A stretch of DNA of 64,000 nt from Firmicutes bacterium UBA5493 (GTDB taxonomy: Bacteria > Bacillota > Limnochordia > Darwinibacteriales > Darwinibacteriaceae), in the NCBI GenBank assembly GCA_002424045.1, contig DIPH01000001.1:13484-77483 (forward strand), given 5' to 3'. A program made the translations under genes and the position numbers. This document shows, in pieces, positions 19,904-29,026 of the stretch. The notes under the pieces are model-generated. The model was given only the letters and a program-made list of their open reading frames with translations, was not told where the DNA came from and searched no databases. The stretch's first letter is position 1. Each line of letters starts with the position of its first letter.

Positions 19904-20053
19904 ATGCCAAAGCTCACCAAGAAGGAAAAGCGTGAGATGATTGCAGCGGCCATGAAAACAATCAGCGAACACAAAGGTCTTTCTCCCGCCTCAAAGGATC
20001 GAGGCGTGGTAGTGCTTGGAAAAGCGCTGTTGAGAAATTCGGACCCCCGGTAA
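19904..20053 (+). CDS. small hypothetical protein (49 aa, Lys-rich)
   Basis: ATG 19904 preceded by AGAGGGTGG. A TATAAT lies at 19871-19876. Sequence MPKLTKKEKREMIAAAMKTISEHKGLSPASKDRGVVVLGKALLRNSDPR. No recognisable family. Confidence 0.35.
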   Translation: MPKLTKKEKREMIAAAMKTISEHKGLSPASKDRGVVVLGKALLRNSDPR

Positions 20054-20117
20054 GAAAAGGGTTGCCACTCCCCATGTCGTATAAGTACCTATGATGATTG
20101 TAATGGGGGGAGTATTG

Positions 20118-21506
20118 ATGTCAAACCTATTTCGCCATATACCGGCTGTTGATAAAATCTTAATGGATCCCGAAATCACTGAAGCATCCCGCGGGATACC
20201 AAGCCTCGAGGTGACGTCAGTTGTCCGGCAATTTCTTGATGAGCTGCGCGGGGAAATTGCCGTCCAAAAAGTGGCCTGTACGAAAGAAGAGATTATCGCT
20301 CGGTTAGTCCTAGAACTAAAAGCAACAAAAAGACGAAAGTTTCAGCCCGTAGTTAACGCAACGGGTGTACTCTTACATACAAATCTAGGACGAGCTCCCC
20401 TTCCAGAGCTAGCCATAGAGCGTCTGCAATCCCTTGGCCAAGGCTATTTCAACTTGGAGCTGGATTTAAACACCGGAGAGAGGGGAAGCCGCTATGCAAG
20501 TGTCTCCAGGCTCTTCAACCTCTTGCTTGCGGGAGAGCAAGGGCAGGTAGAGAAAAGCACTAACAGCACATGTGACACCGTGGTGGTCAATAATAACGCT
20601 GGTGCTGTCTTAGTTGCCCTAAAAGCCCTAACCGCGGGCCAAGAAGTTATTGTCTCCAGAGGGCAATTGGTGGAAATTGGTGGAGGATTTCGTGTACCCG
20701 AAGTCATGGCCACAAGTGGCTGCCACCTCAAGGAAGTGGGCACAACCAACCGCACTCGCCTCAGTGATTATGCAGGCGCTGTTACAGAGCAAACCAAAGC
20801 CATTCTCCTGGTGCACCCTAGTAATTATTCCATGATTGGCTTTACGGAAAGTGTTCCTAGGGATAAACTCGCCCAGCTCGCGGGCGAGCGCGGACTTCTC
20901 TTGATTGAAGACATCGGTAGCGGCGCCTTCCATCCCTTTGAGGAGCCCCTTGTCTCTAGTGCACTAAGACATAGCCATATTGTAACCTATAGTGGTGACA
21001 AGCTTTTTGGAGGACCCCAGGCCGGCATCATTAGTGGCCGCAAGGATCTCGTGGACATCATCAAGAAAGATCCTCTCCTTAGGGCACTGCGCATTGATAA
21101 GCTGTCTCTAATTGCCCTAGAAGCAGTGTTAGAACTGCATTTGGGAAAAGCGTATAACAAGCTTCCCCTCTGGGCCTTGGCAAGTGTTGATCCAGAAGAA
21201 ATTAGACTGCGGGCAGAGACATGGCAAAGCCATGTGGGACCAGGGCTTAAAGGAGAGGTCGTACAGGCCGAGTCCACCATGGGCGGGGGCTCTTTGCCAG
21301 GGGAAACTATCTCGTCCTGGGCCTTAGCACTGCAAAGTTCAAAGCTTTCCAGTGCGGAGCTGGCAGAGTGGCTACGCCGAAACGATCCTCCCGTCATGGG
21401 CAGAATTGTGCAAGACCGGGTGTTACTCGATCCTAGGACCGTCTTACCTTCCCAGGACCAACTGATCACGTCTCTACTCCAAGGTGGTGTGGCATCATGT
21501 TCATAA
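20118..21506 (+). CDS. selA: L-seryl-tRNA(Sec) selenium transferase
   Basis: PLP-lysine motif YSGDKLFGGPQAGII. ATG 20118 with a GGGGGGAG RBS. Overlaps selB by 10 nt. Confidence 0.88.
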   Translation: MSNLFRHIPAVDKILMDPEITEASRGIPSLEVTSVVRQFLDELRGEIAVQKVACTKEEIIARLVLELKATKRRKFQPVVNATGVLLHTNLGRAPLPELAIERLQSLGQGYFNLELDLNTGERGSRYASVSRLFNLLLAGEQGQVEKSTNSTCDTVVVNNNAGAVLVALKALTAGQEVIVSRGQLVEIGGGFRVPEVMATSGCHLKEVGTTNRTRLSDYAGAVTEQTKAILLVHPSNYSMIGFTESVPRDKLAQLAGERGLLLIEDIGSGAFHPFEEPLVSSALRHSHIVTYSGDKLFGGPQAGIISGRKDLVDIIKKDPLLRALRIDKLSLIALEAVLELHLGKAYNKLPLWALASVDPEEIRLRAETWQSHVGPGLKGEVVQAESTMGGGSLPGETISSWALALQSSKLSSAELAEWLRRNDPPVMGRIVQDRVLLDPRTVLPSQDQLITSLLQGGVASCS

Positions 21507-23383
21507 TGGGTACCGCAGGTCACATCGACCATGGAAAATCAACGCTGATTACGGCCTTAACCGGGATGAATCCCGACCGTCTGCAGGAGGAACAAGCCCG
21601 AGGTATGACAGTGGATTTAGGCTTCGCCTGGTTCTCCGTTCCCCTGGGTAACGTTGGCGTTGTGGACGTTCCAGGACACCAACGCTTAGTAAAAAACATG
21701 CTGGCCGGGGTAGGTCAGGTGGATTTTATCCTTTTGGTTATCGCTGCCGATGACGGTTGGATGCCGCAAACGCAGGAACACGTAGAAATTCTGGACCTCT
21801 ATGGAATGAAGCGGGGTATTGTCGCTCTCACCAAGGCGGATCTGGTAGAACCTGAATGGTTGGAACTCGTGGAAGCAGACATTCGCGAACACCTGGCCGA
21901 GACGTCCCTTGCGGACTTTCCCATCATCCCAGTTTCGGCCATCTCCGGTTATAATGTGGATATTCTCAAAGAAGCCATCAATGAACTCGTGGTTTCATTT
22001 CCCCATGCTCAGGGAGAAGATAATCCCATCCTTTGGATCGATCGAGTCTTTACGATTAAGGGGGCTGGAACTGTAGTGACAGGTACGTTAATGGGTGGTT
22101 CACTCCATGTGGGGATGGACGTCGTGGTAGAACCCCCAGGTCATGAGGCCCGTATTCGCACCTTGCAAACACAGACCAAGACGGTGGAAACAGGAGTAGC
22201 CCATTCGCGCCTGGCGGTAAATCTCACAGGAGTAGAAAAAGCAAGCCTAACCCGGGGAATGTACCTGGCCCTTCCCAAGCGTCGCCCCTATTTTTCCTTA
22301 ATCAACACCCACGTGCGTGTGCTAACCCAAGCGCCGTCGACCCTCGAAACCGGTCAACAGGTCAAACTTTACGTGGGGACCCTGGAGACTCTGGCCAGTG
22401 TAAAAATTCTAGGCGCCGAAGAGCTTGAACCCGGTCAAGAAGGCTTTGTTCAATTGGAGCTTGAGACCCCAGCCCACTTCAGTTTTAAAGACCGCTTTAT
22501 CCTTCGTCACAGTGAACTCCAAGATACACTAGGTGGAGGTTGTTTTATTGAAGAAGGCGTCCCTGTACGGGGCGTAAACTTGCGTATGGTAGGGCCGAAG
22601 CGCCTTCGGCACCTTTTTCCTTTTGAAAAGCCAGAAGCACATCTCGATCTAGATATGCTAAAGGCTAAATACGAAAGTGGCCCCGAGGAGCTCAGTTTGC
22701 TCAAAGCCCGAGATCGCACCTATTGGACAAAGAGTCAGTTTCAAGAGCAGGGGCTGATTGCCCATCCCAAGTTGCATGTGCTCGGAGACTACATTTTGGC
22801 ACCGGAGCAATATGATAAGGTCCAGGAGTATCTGCGTTCTACAGTGGAACACTTCCACCATACGAATCCCTTGGCACCAGGACCAAGCAAAGAGACCCTC
22901 CGGGCGGGCACTGGCCTTCCCTCAAGACTCTTTGACCAGATTCTAAACCAAACTGACGATCTGAAAGAAGTACGGGGTTCCATTAGCAGTGTTAAACATC
23001 AGGTCACCCTTTCAGACCAGGAAGAGCAAAAACTAAGGAAAATTCAGGAAGTAATGGGCAAGACTCCCTATGAGCCCCTCACTCTTGGCGCTCTAGAAGA
23101 ACTCGGTTTTCCAAGCGAACTGCTCTTTGCAGGGAGCCACTTAGGACGCTTGGTAGCCCTGTCGGGTGAGCACTGGACAACCCCAGAAATTGTGGGCGGC
23201 ATTTTGAATGTCATATTTCAAGAAGAAGCCTTTATGGAAGGCTTCGAGCTCAGCACGTTTCGAGATCGCTTAGGAACGAGCCGCAAGTTCGCCTTAGCCT
23301 TCTTGGAATATTTTGATGCTCAGGGAATCACAAAACGAAAAGGGGACGTTCGCACACTTGGCAAACGTCCCGAAAAAGCGTAA
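21497..23383 (+). CDS. selB: selenocysteine-specific translation elongation factor
   Basis: N-terminal GTPase GTAGHIDHGKSTL...DVPGH...TKAD, then winged-helix C-terminal domains. 628 aa. Confidence 0.9.
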   Translation: MFIMGTAGHIDHGKSTLITALTGMNPDRLQEEQARGMTVDLGFAWFSVPLGNVGVVDVPGHQRLVKNMLAGVGQVDFILLVIAADDGWMPQTQEHVEILDLYGMKRGIVALTKADLVEPEWLELVEADIREHLAETSLADFPIIPVSAISGYNVDILKEAINELVVSFPHAQGEDNPILWIDRVFTIKGAGTVVTGTLMGGSLHVGMDVVVEPPGHEARIRTLQTQTKTVETGVAHSRLAVNLTGVEKASLTRGMYLALPKRRPYFSLINTHVRVLTQAPSTLETGQQVKLYVGTLETLASVKILGAEELEPGQEGFVQLELETPAHFSFKDRFILRHSELQDTLGGGCFIEEGVPVRGVNLRMVGPKRLRHLFPFEKPEAHLDLDMLKAKYESGPEELSLLKARDRTYWTKSQFQEQGLIAHPKLHVLGDYILAPEQYDKVQEYLRSTVEHFHHTNPLAPGPSKETLRAGTGLPSRLFDQILNQTDDLKEVRGSISSVKHQVTLSDQEEQKLRKIQEVMGKTPYEPLTLGALEELGFPSELLFAGSHLGRLVALSGEHWTTPEIVGGILNVIFQEEAFMEGFELSTFRDRLGTSRKFALAFLEYFDAQGITKRKGDVRTLGKRPEKA

Positions 23384-23483
23384 TGGCGGGAGAATATGGG
23401 AATCGAACCCACCGAGGATAACCCTTGTTACCCCCCTGACAGGTTTGAAGCCTGCGGAGCCCACCAGGAACTCAGATCCTCCC
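23384..23483 (-). tRNA. selC: tRNA-Sec (anticodon UCA), selC
   Basis: 100 nt. 8-bp acceptor stem (GGGAGGAU / AUUCUCCC, one G.U), anticodon loop CUUCAAA, long variable arm, T-arm GGTTCGATTCC, encoded CCA. The 3' end abuts the selB stop codon on the opposite strand. Confidence 0.85.
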
Positions 23484-23521
23484 TTGCTTGTCTATTGTAC
23501 CATAGTTTATTCGAATTTCAA

Positions 23522-24277
23522 TCAAAAACGTACAGTAATTTCTTCTGGCATCAGCGCCCGCTCACCGCGGGCGTCTTCTATTAGAAGGCGGCCATCTGGT
23601 AATACGTCCTTCGCCAGTGCTTGAAAGGATCTACCTCCCTGAAAGACAATGATGGTGCGGTCTAGGAAATTGCCATGTGTCCGAAACAAAGTAGACAAAT
23701 TTTCGCGGCTCCAGGCCAAATCGAAACCCCATTCTACCCCAAGGAGGGCCAAATTCAAAATACCTAGGCGGGGCCAAAAGCCTCCTGTCGCTTCCTGCAA
23801 CGATATCCTAGGGCTCAAGTTCCCCTTTGGAGGCGAAGCATTCACATTCAAGCCTATTCCTAAAATAATCCACAGATCGCCGCGATGGTGAATTGCCTCA
23901 GTCAGAATACCGCCAAGTTTTCTCTCCCCGATCCAAAAATCGTTCGGCCATTTCACCTTCAGCTCTGATAGGCCCGTGGTTTCGCTCAAGCTCTGCACTA
24001 AACCCAAACCCACAGCGAGAGTGAGATTTGGGGGTACCTCTTTCTCCGGACATTGCCACATGAGACTAAAAGTGAGGGAGGACTGGTCCGCATCCCACGA
24101 TCGCCCTAAGCGTCCCTTCCCCTCGTTCTGCTCTAAGGCCCACAGTACAGTGCCAGAAGGACCCCCACTTTTGATCAAGTCTTTTGCGAACTGATTAGTT
24201 GAGCCTAACATGGGATATATTTCAATTATCTTGACTATTTTCTTCCCCCACTGGACAGACTTAACAGGCCGGATCAT
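23522..24277 (-). CDS. birA: biotin--[acetyl-CoA-carboxylase] ligase, group I (no DNA-binding domain)
   Basis: 251 aa. BPL/LPL catalytic motif GKGRLGRSWDA (GRGRRGR-type). Confidence 0.72.
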   Translation of the reverse strand: MIRPVKSVQWGKKIVKIIEIYPMLGSTNQFAKDLIKSGGPSGTVLWALEQNEGKGRLGRSWDADQSSLTFSLMWQCPEKEVPPNLTLAVGLGLVQSLSETTGLSELKVKWPNDFWIGERKLGGILTEAIHHRGDLWIILGIGLNVNASPPKGNLSPRISLQEATGGFWPRLGILNLALLGVEWGFDLAWSRENLSTLFRTHGNFLDRTIIVFQGGRSFQALAKDVLPDGRLLIEDARGERALMPEEITVRF

Positions 24278-24362
24278 ACGCCCACTCCCTTGCCAAAGCT
24301 CATTAGGTTAAGTTATAATGTACGTATTTAGAAAGTGTCTACAAAAACTAAGGAGGATTATT

Positions 24363-25598
24363 ATGCAAAACAGAAAACGTATTGTCAGTATCTTGCTTCT
24401 TGCCGGTGTTTTGTTGGTATTCAGTGGCGTAATAGCCCACCTGTCATCTACGACTATACTAGTAGCCGAAGAGGCTCCTCGCGAAGAAATAGAACATGTG
24501 GCTACAACCAGTGCGGCTCCTCTTATTGTTGACAATCCCTACGTGATCGCGGACATAGCCGAAGTGGCCAGTCCAGCTACGGTTTTTCTCTCTGTGGAAT
24601 GGCCCGCCGTTGAGCAGGCTCCCAGTTCGAGATCAAGAACGGGAACCGGGGATCCGTTTTTCGACTTCTTTTTCGACTCGTGGTTCAATGATCCCTTCAC
24701 CAACCGCCAACCAGTGCAACAAAGGAGTGCGGGGTCTGGATTTATCATTGATGAAACTGGAATTATCCTCACCAACCAGCATGTGGTGGGTAATAAAGGT
24801 GATGATCAGACCATTACGGTTGTCGTTGATGTCCCAGGTCTAGATCGGGAATACCAAGCCGAGATCGTCGGCTCCGATTTTTCTTTGGACCTAGCAGTTT
24901 TACGAATCATCAATGAAGATAACCACGTCTTTCCAACCGTACCCTTAGGAGATTCGGATGAATCTAGAATCGGCGAATGGGCAATTGCCATTGGCAATCC
25001 TTATGGCGAAGCACTACACCATACGGTAACGGTGGGAGTCCTCAGTGCGAAGGGTCGGGAGATCACCATCATGAGTCAGGAGACAGGAAAACCGAATACC
25101 TACAAAAATCTCATGCAAACGGACGCAGCTATTAATAGCGGAAACTCCGGCGGACCTCTTTTGAACATGAAGGGTGAAGTAATTGGTATTAATACAGCCG
25201 TTCATGCCGGGGCCCAAGGCATTGGCTTTGCCATCCCTATCAACGTAGCTAAGGACGTCTTGGATGAGATGATTGCAACCGGCGGCGTCAGTCAACCTTG
25301 GATCGGCATTTACCAGCAAAACCTAACCGAAAGCATAGCTAGTCAACTGCGGTTGCCCGATGAAAAGGGAGTCTTAATCGTTGATGTTGTTGAAAACTCT
25401 CCTGCATCAGAAGCAGGTTTACAAGCTTGGGACGTCCTTAGGCGCATTGGAGATAGAGATGTGTTTTCCACAAGTGATGTGGGTGAAGAAATGGCCAAGT
25501 ATACCACAGGCGATGAAATCATGGTTACCATCATGCGCCAAGGTGAAATGCTCCTCATTCCCATCACACTCGGCGACAAGCCCGCCCATCTCAGATAG
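24363..25598 (+). CDS. htrA: HtrA/DegP-family periplasmic serine protease with a C-terminal PDZ domain
   Basis: Catalytic triad context HVVGN...DLAVLRI...GNSGGPLLN. Signal anchor, PDZ. ATG 24363 with an AGGAGG RBS; TATAAT at 24314-24319. Confidence 0.88.
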   Translation: MQNRKRIVSILLLAGVLLVFSGVIAHLSSTTILVAEEAPREEIEHVATTSAAPLIVDNPYVIADIAEVASPATVFLSVEWPAVEQAPSSRSRTGTGDPFFDFFFDSWFNDPFTNRQPVQQRSAGSGFIIDETGIILTNQHVVGNKGDDQTITVVVDVPGLDREYQAEIVGSDFSLDLAVLRIINEDNHVFPTVPLGDSDESRIGEWAIAIGNPYGEALHHTVTVGVLSAKGREITIMSQETGKPNTYKNLMQTDAAINSGNSGGPLLNMKGEVIGINTAVHAGAQGIGFAIPINVAKDVLDEMIATGGVSQPWIGIYQQNLTESIASQLRLPDEKGVLIVDVVENSPASEAGLQAWDVLRRIGDRDVFSTSDVGEEMAKYTTGDEIMVTIMRQGEMLLIPITLGDKPAHLR

Positions 25599-25610
25599 TC
25601 TGGAATACAA

Positions 25611-25645
25611 AACAACCCTTCAACATGAAGGGTTGTTTTTTTGTG
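25611..25645. terminator. bidirectional rho-independent terminator between htrA (+) and ftsH (-)
   Basis: AACAACCCTTcaacatgAAGGGTTGTT followed by TTTTTTT. An A-run lies on the other side. Confidence 0.7.
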
Positions 25646-25652
25646 AACGTCT

Positions 25653-27590
25653 TTAGATGGAGGTTTCGGGCCCTGTAGCTCGTAGGTGTTCGCCACGCCC
25701 TCTAGAGGGCTCAGCTGGGACAGCGAGCTCTTCCTTCACCTCAGCCATGGCCTGCTCTTCTACGCCGGGCTCGTCTGGATCAACAAGTTCCTGACCTTCC
25801 ATTAAGGCTAAGAATTCTTCTCTACTGAGGGTCTCTCGCTCCAGGAGTGCGTCTGCCACGGCGTCAAGCTTAGCACGATGTTCGGTAAGCAAGTTAGTGG
25901 CTGTCTCATAACTGGATTCCACGAGCTTGTGGACCTCTTCATCGATAATCTCCGCCACTCCCTCGCTATAGTTGCGCTCTCTAGAGATATCACGGCCTAA
26001 GAAAACTAGATCCTCCCCATTGGGTCGTCCAAAGGTCAAAGGTCCAAGCCTCGGACTCATACCCCATTCCATGACCATTTTCCGGGCAATACGGGTCACC
26101 CGTTCGAGGTCATTTGAGGCCCCAGTGCTAATTTCATCCAGGGCGAGCTCTTCGGCGGCACGACCACCTAAGAGATTGACTAATTCATCTTTAAGCTTGG
26201 AGCGACTGGCCACAAAGCGCTCCTCTTCGGGGAGCATCATGGTGTAACCGCCGGCGCCTCCCCTGCCCACAATAGTAACTTTATGGACTGGATCTCCATG
26301 TTTGGAGAAGTGGGCTACCACGGCATGGCCTGCTTCGTGATAGGCAAACACCTTCCGATCAATCTCATGGAGCTTGCGGCTTTTCTTCTCGGGTCCCATG
26401 AGAACTCTATCGATGGCTTCTTCGACGTCGAACATGGTGATCACCTTCCGGTTGGACCGAGCCGCTAAAATCGCCGACTCATTCAACACATTTTCTAGAT
26501 CTGCCCCAGACATGCCAGGTGTTCTTCTAGCAACAACCTTTAAATCCACATCAGCCTGCAAGGGTTTGTTCCGACTATGAATTTTCAGAATCTCGGAGCG
26601 ACCTTGCAGATCAGGACGATCTACAACTACTTTGCGGTCAAAGCGTCCCGGTCTCAAAAGGGCCGGGTCTAAAACGTCAGCCCTGTTTGTTGCTGCCATA
26701 ATGATGATTCCTGAGTTTGTTTCGAAACCATCCATTTCAACTAGCAACTGGTTCAAGGTTTGCTCACGCTCATCGTGCCCGCCGCCTAAACCTGCACCGC
26801 GCTGACGGCCAACGGCATCCAACTCGTCAATGAAGATGAGACAAGGCGCATTCTTCTTGGCATTCTCAAAGAGATCCCGTACCCTCGAGGCACCGACCCC
26901 TACGAACATTTCCACAAATTCCGAACCACTAATGCTAAAAAATGGTACCCCTGCTTCACCTGCAACGGCCCGGGCCAGCAAGGTTTTTCCTGTACCAGGA
27001 GGTCCCACCAAAAGGACGCCCTTGGGAATTTTCGCTCCCACATCATTGAACTTCTTGGGCTGCTTTAAAAAATCTACAATTTCCACAAGTTCCTGTTTGG
27101 CCTCATCAACTCCGGCCACGTGATCAAAGGTGACCTTTCGCTTGTCTTCATGATGCAGACGGGCTTTGCTCTTGCCAAAGGACATAGCGCGATTATTGCC
27201 ACCCTGCATTTGGTTCATGATAAATAACCAGAAAATAGCCAACACAACGATGAACAGGAGATTGGGGAGTAGAGCCATCCACCATGGTGCTTGTGGCGGC
27301 AATTCTGCTTCTAACTGGACATTTCTTACTTCTAGGCGATCGGCAATGTCCGACATCTTACCCATGGGCACCAAAGCTGTGAAATTGGTCCCATCCCTGA
27401 GCCGACCTTCAATATGTTGATCTCCCACAAGCTTTACAGATGCCACCTTATCATCATCGATAAATCGTAGCAACTCCGAGTAATAGAGTTCCTTTGCAGG
27501 AGACACAGGCGAATAAAGATTACTAACAATAGACACTGCAATGATGGCAATCAGCAAATACAAACTGATTCCACGAAGAAGTTTATTCAA
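25653..27590 (-). CDS. ftsH: ATP-dependent zinc metalloprotease FtsH
   Basis: AAA Walker [22 protein letters not shown], and zinc motif HEAGHA. TTG start with a GGGAGGG RBS. Confidence 0.93.
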   Translation of the reverse strand: MNKLLRGISLYLLIAIIAVSIVSNLYSPVSPAKELYYSELLRFIDDDKVASVKLVGDQHIEGRLRDGTNFTALVPMGKMSDIADRLEVRNVQLEAELPPQAPWWMALLPNLLFIVVLAIFWLFIMNQMQGGNNRAMSFGKSKARLHHEDKRKVTFDHVAGVDEAKQELVEIVDFLKQPKKFNDVGAKIPKGVLLVGPPGTGKTLLARAVAGEAGVPFFSISGSEFVEMFVGVGASRVRDLFENAKKNAPCLIFIDELDAVGRQRGAGLGGGHDEREQTLNQLLVEMDGFETNSGIIIMAATNRADVLDPALLRPGRFDRKVVVDRPDLQGRSEILKIHSRNKPLQADVDLKVVARRTPGMSGADLENVLNESAILAARSNRKVITMFDVEEAIDRVLMGPEKKSRKLHEIDRKVFAYHEAGHAVVAHFSKHGDPVHKVTIVGRGGAGGYTMMLPEEERFVASRSKLKDELVNLLGGRAAEELALDEISTGASNDLERVTRIARKMVMEWGMSPRLGPLTFGRPNGEDLVFLGRDISRERNYSEGVAEIIDEEVHKLVESSYETATNLLTEHRAKLDAVADALLERETLSREEFLALMEGQELVDPDEPGVEEQAMAEVKEELAVPAEPSRGRGEHLRATGPETSI

Positions 27591-27687
27591 ATTTTGCCCT
27601 CCCTTTCCAGAGCCAAGAGCACGGGAAATAGCGATACGTCAATCAATTATAACACAAGGGTATGGGCGTGACAATATTCTGGCACCA

Positions 27688-29007
27688 TTATTCCCAACTC
27701 AAACGGAGTACCCTAACTGTTGATTTAGAGATTGCTCCTTTCGAACTCCTGCGCACCGTGGGGATCCATAGAATATCTTCTTGGTCACAGATAAGTGGCA
27801 AAAAATCCCTTTGGTCAGCGGGAATATGCATGTCAATGAGAAGATCCTTCACCTTTTTTGATCCCACACCTCCAAAGGGTTTTATGCGATCTCCTTCTTG
27901 GCGAGATCTCACCTTGAGGGGTAATTCAAGCATATCAAGGTCAAAATCCTCGCTATTCTCAGAAGGAGCTAGTTCATCCCTTGGAGCAATCTCGGCCTTG
28001 ATGGTAAAATGACCGGCCCTGACTTGCCCAGGTAAGGTGAGTGTCATGGGAGACCACTCTTTCGCCACAAAATCCCCTACAAAGATGTACTCAACATTAG
28101 CTGAAACCCATACTTGGGGAAGGGACAACCTAAAACTAGAACCCTCCGAGAGCCGCTGACGCCAGGTTTCAATATGGTTGAAGCCAATTTGCAGCAAGTT
28201 GCCCCTGTAGATCTGGAGTAATGCTCTGAGCACACGGCGCTGCATGGCTATGGATAGTTCGGCAAAAACCTTGCGGGGAAATAACACTTGGCCCCGTCGC
28301 CATTTGAGATGCTTCCCGGCAGTCTCCTCGGCCCTTTTTTGCAATTCCAGTTCATCTTCTCTGGCCAGGTCAGAGAGTTGAACCAACTGAGCCACGATCT
28401 CCGGATTATACTCTTCGGCCAGCAAGGGAAGGAGTTCCTGACGAATCTTGTTACGCAGATAAACAGGCTCAAAATTGCTTTCGTCAACAACATAGGGAAT
28501 CTCAAAATCGTTACAGTATTGAAGAATTTCCTTCTTATAGACGTTCAAAAGAGGACGAATAAAAGGCCCTCTCTGGGGTGGAATTCCACCGAGGCCATGC
28601 AAACCGGCTCCTCTGAGCATACGCATTAGGACCGTCTCAGCTTGATCGTCTCCATGATGACCCAGGGCAATACGGTGATATCCATTCACCTCTGCGAAGT
28701 TTCGTAAGAGTTGGTAGCGAATCTTCCTAGCCCCCTGTTGTTTTGATTCGCCGCTAGATGACAAGAAGCCCGTGATATCATAGGCTTCAATTTGTGCGGG
28801 AACACCTAGCTTCTCTGCGTAGTCCTGTACAAACCTAGCATCTTTAGAGGCAGCATCGCGAAAACCGTGATTTAAGTGAAAAACCCCGATATTTCGAGGA
28901 TTAAAGCGCCAGAGGAGATGTAGGAGAGCCACAGAGTCCGGCCCGCCGCTCACCGCGACCAAAACTCTATCCGTCGCCGTTACGGACAGAAGCTGAAGGT
29001 TTTTCAT
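27688..29007 (-). CDS. tilS: tRNA(Ile)-lysidine synthetase
   Basis: PP-loop SGGPDS near the N-terminus. Start chosen at MKNLQ (29007), not the upstream 29094. Confidence 0.85.
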   Translation of the reverse strand: MKNLQLLSVTATDRVLVAVSGGPDSVALLHLLWRFNPRNIGVFHLNHGFRDAASKDARFVQDYAEKLGVPAQIEAYDITGFLSSSGESKQQGARKIRYQLLRNFAEVNGYHRIALGHHGDDQAETVLMRMLRGAGLHGLGGIPPQRGPFIRPLLNVYKKEILQYCNDFEIPYVVDESNFEPVYLRNKIRQELLPLLAEEYNPEIVAQLVQLSDLAREDELELQKRAEETAGKHLKWRRGQVLFPRKVFAELSIAMQRRVLRALLQIYRGNLLQIGFNHIETWRQRLSEGSSFRLSLPQVWVSANVEYIFVGDFVAKEWSPMTLTLPGQVRAGHFTIKAEIAPRDELAPSENSEDFDLDMLELPLKVRSRQEGDRIKPFGGVGSKKVKDLLIDMHIPADQRDFLPLICDQEDILWIPTVRRSSKGAISKSTVRVLRLSWE

Positions 29008-29026
29008 GAACACAGGAAATAGATCA

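Noticed and set aside
20987-21532. 181-aa minus-strand ORF inside selA
   Set aside because: Antisense to a high-confidence gene, Ser/Pro-rich low-complexity translation, no RBS.
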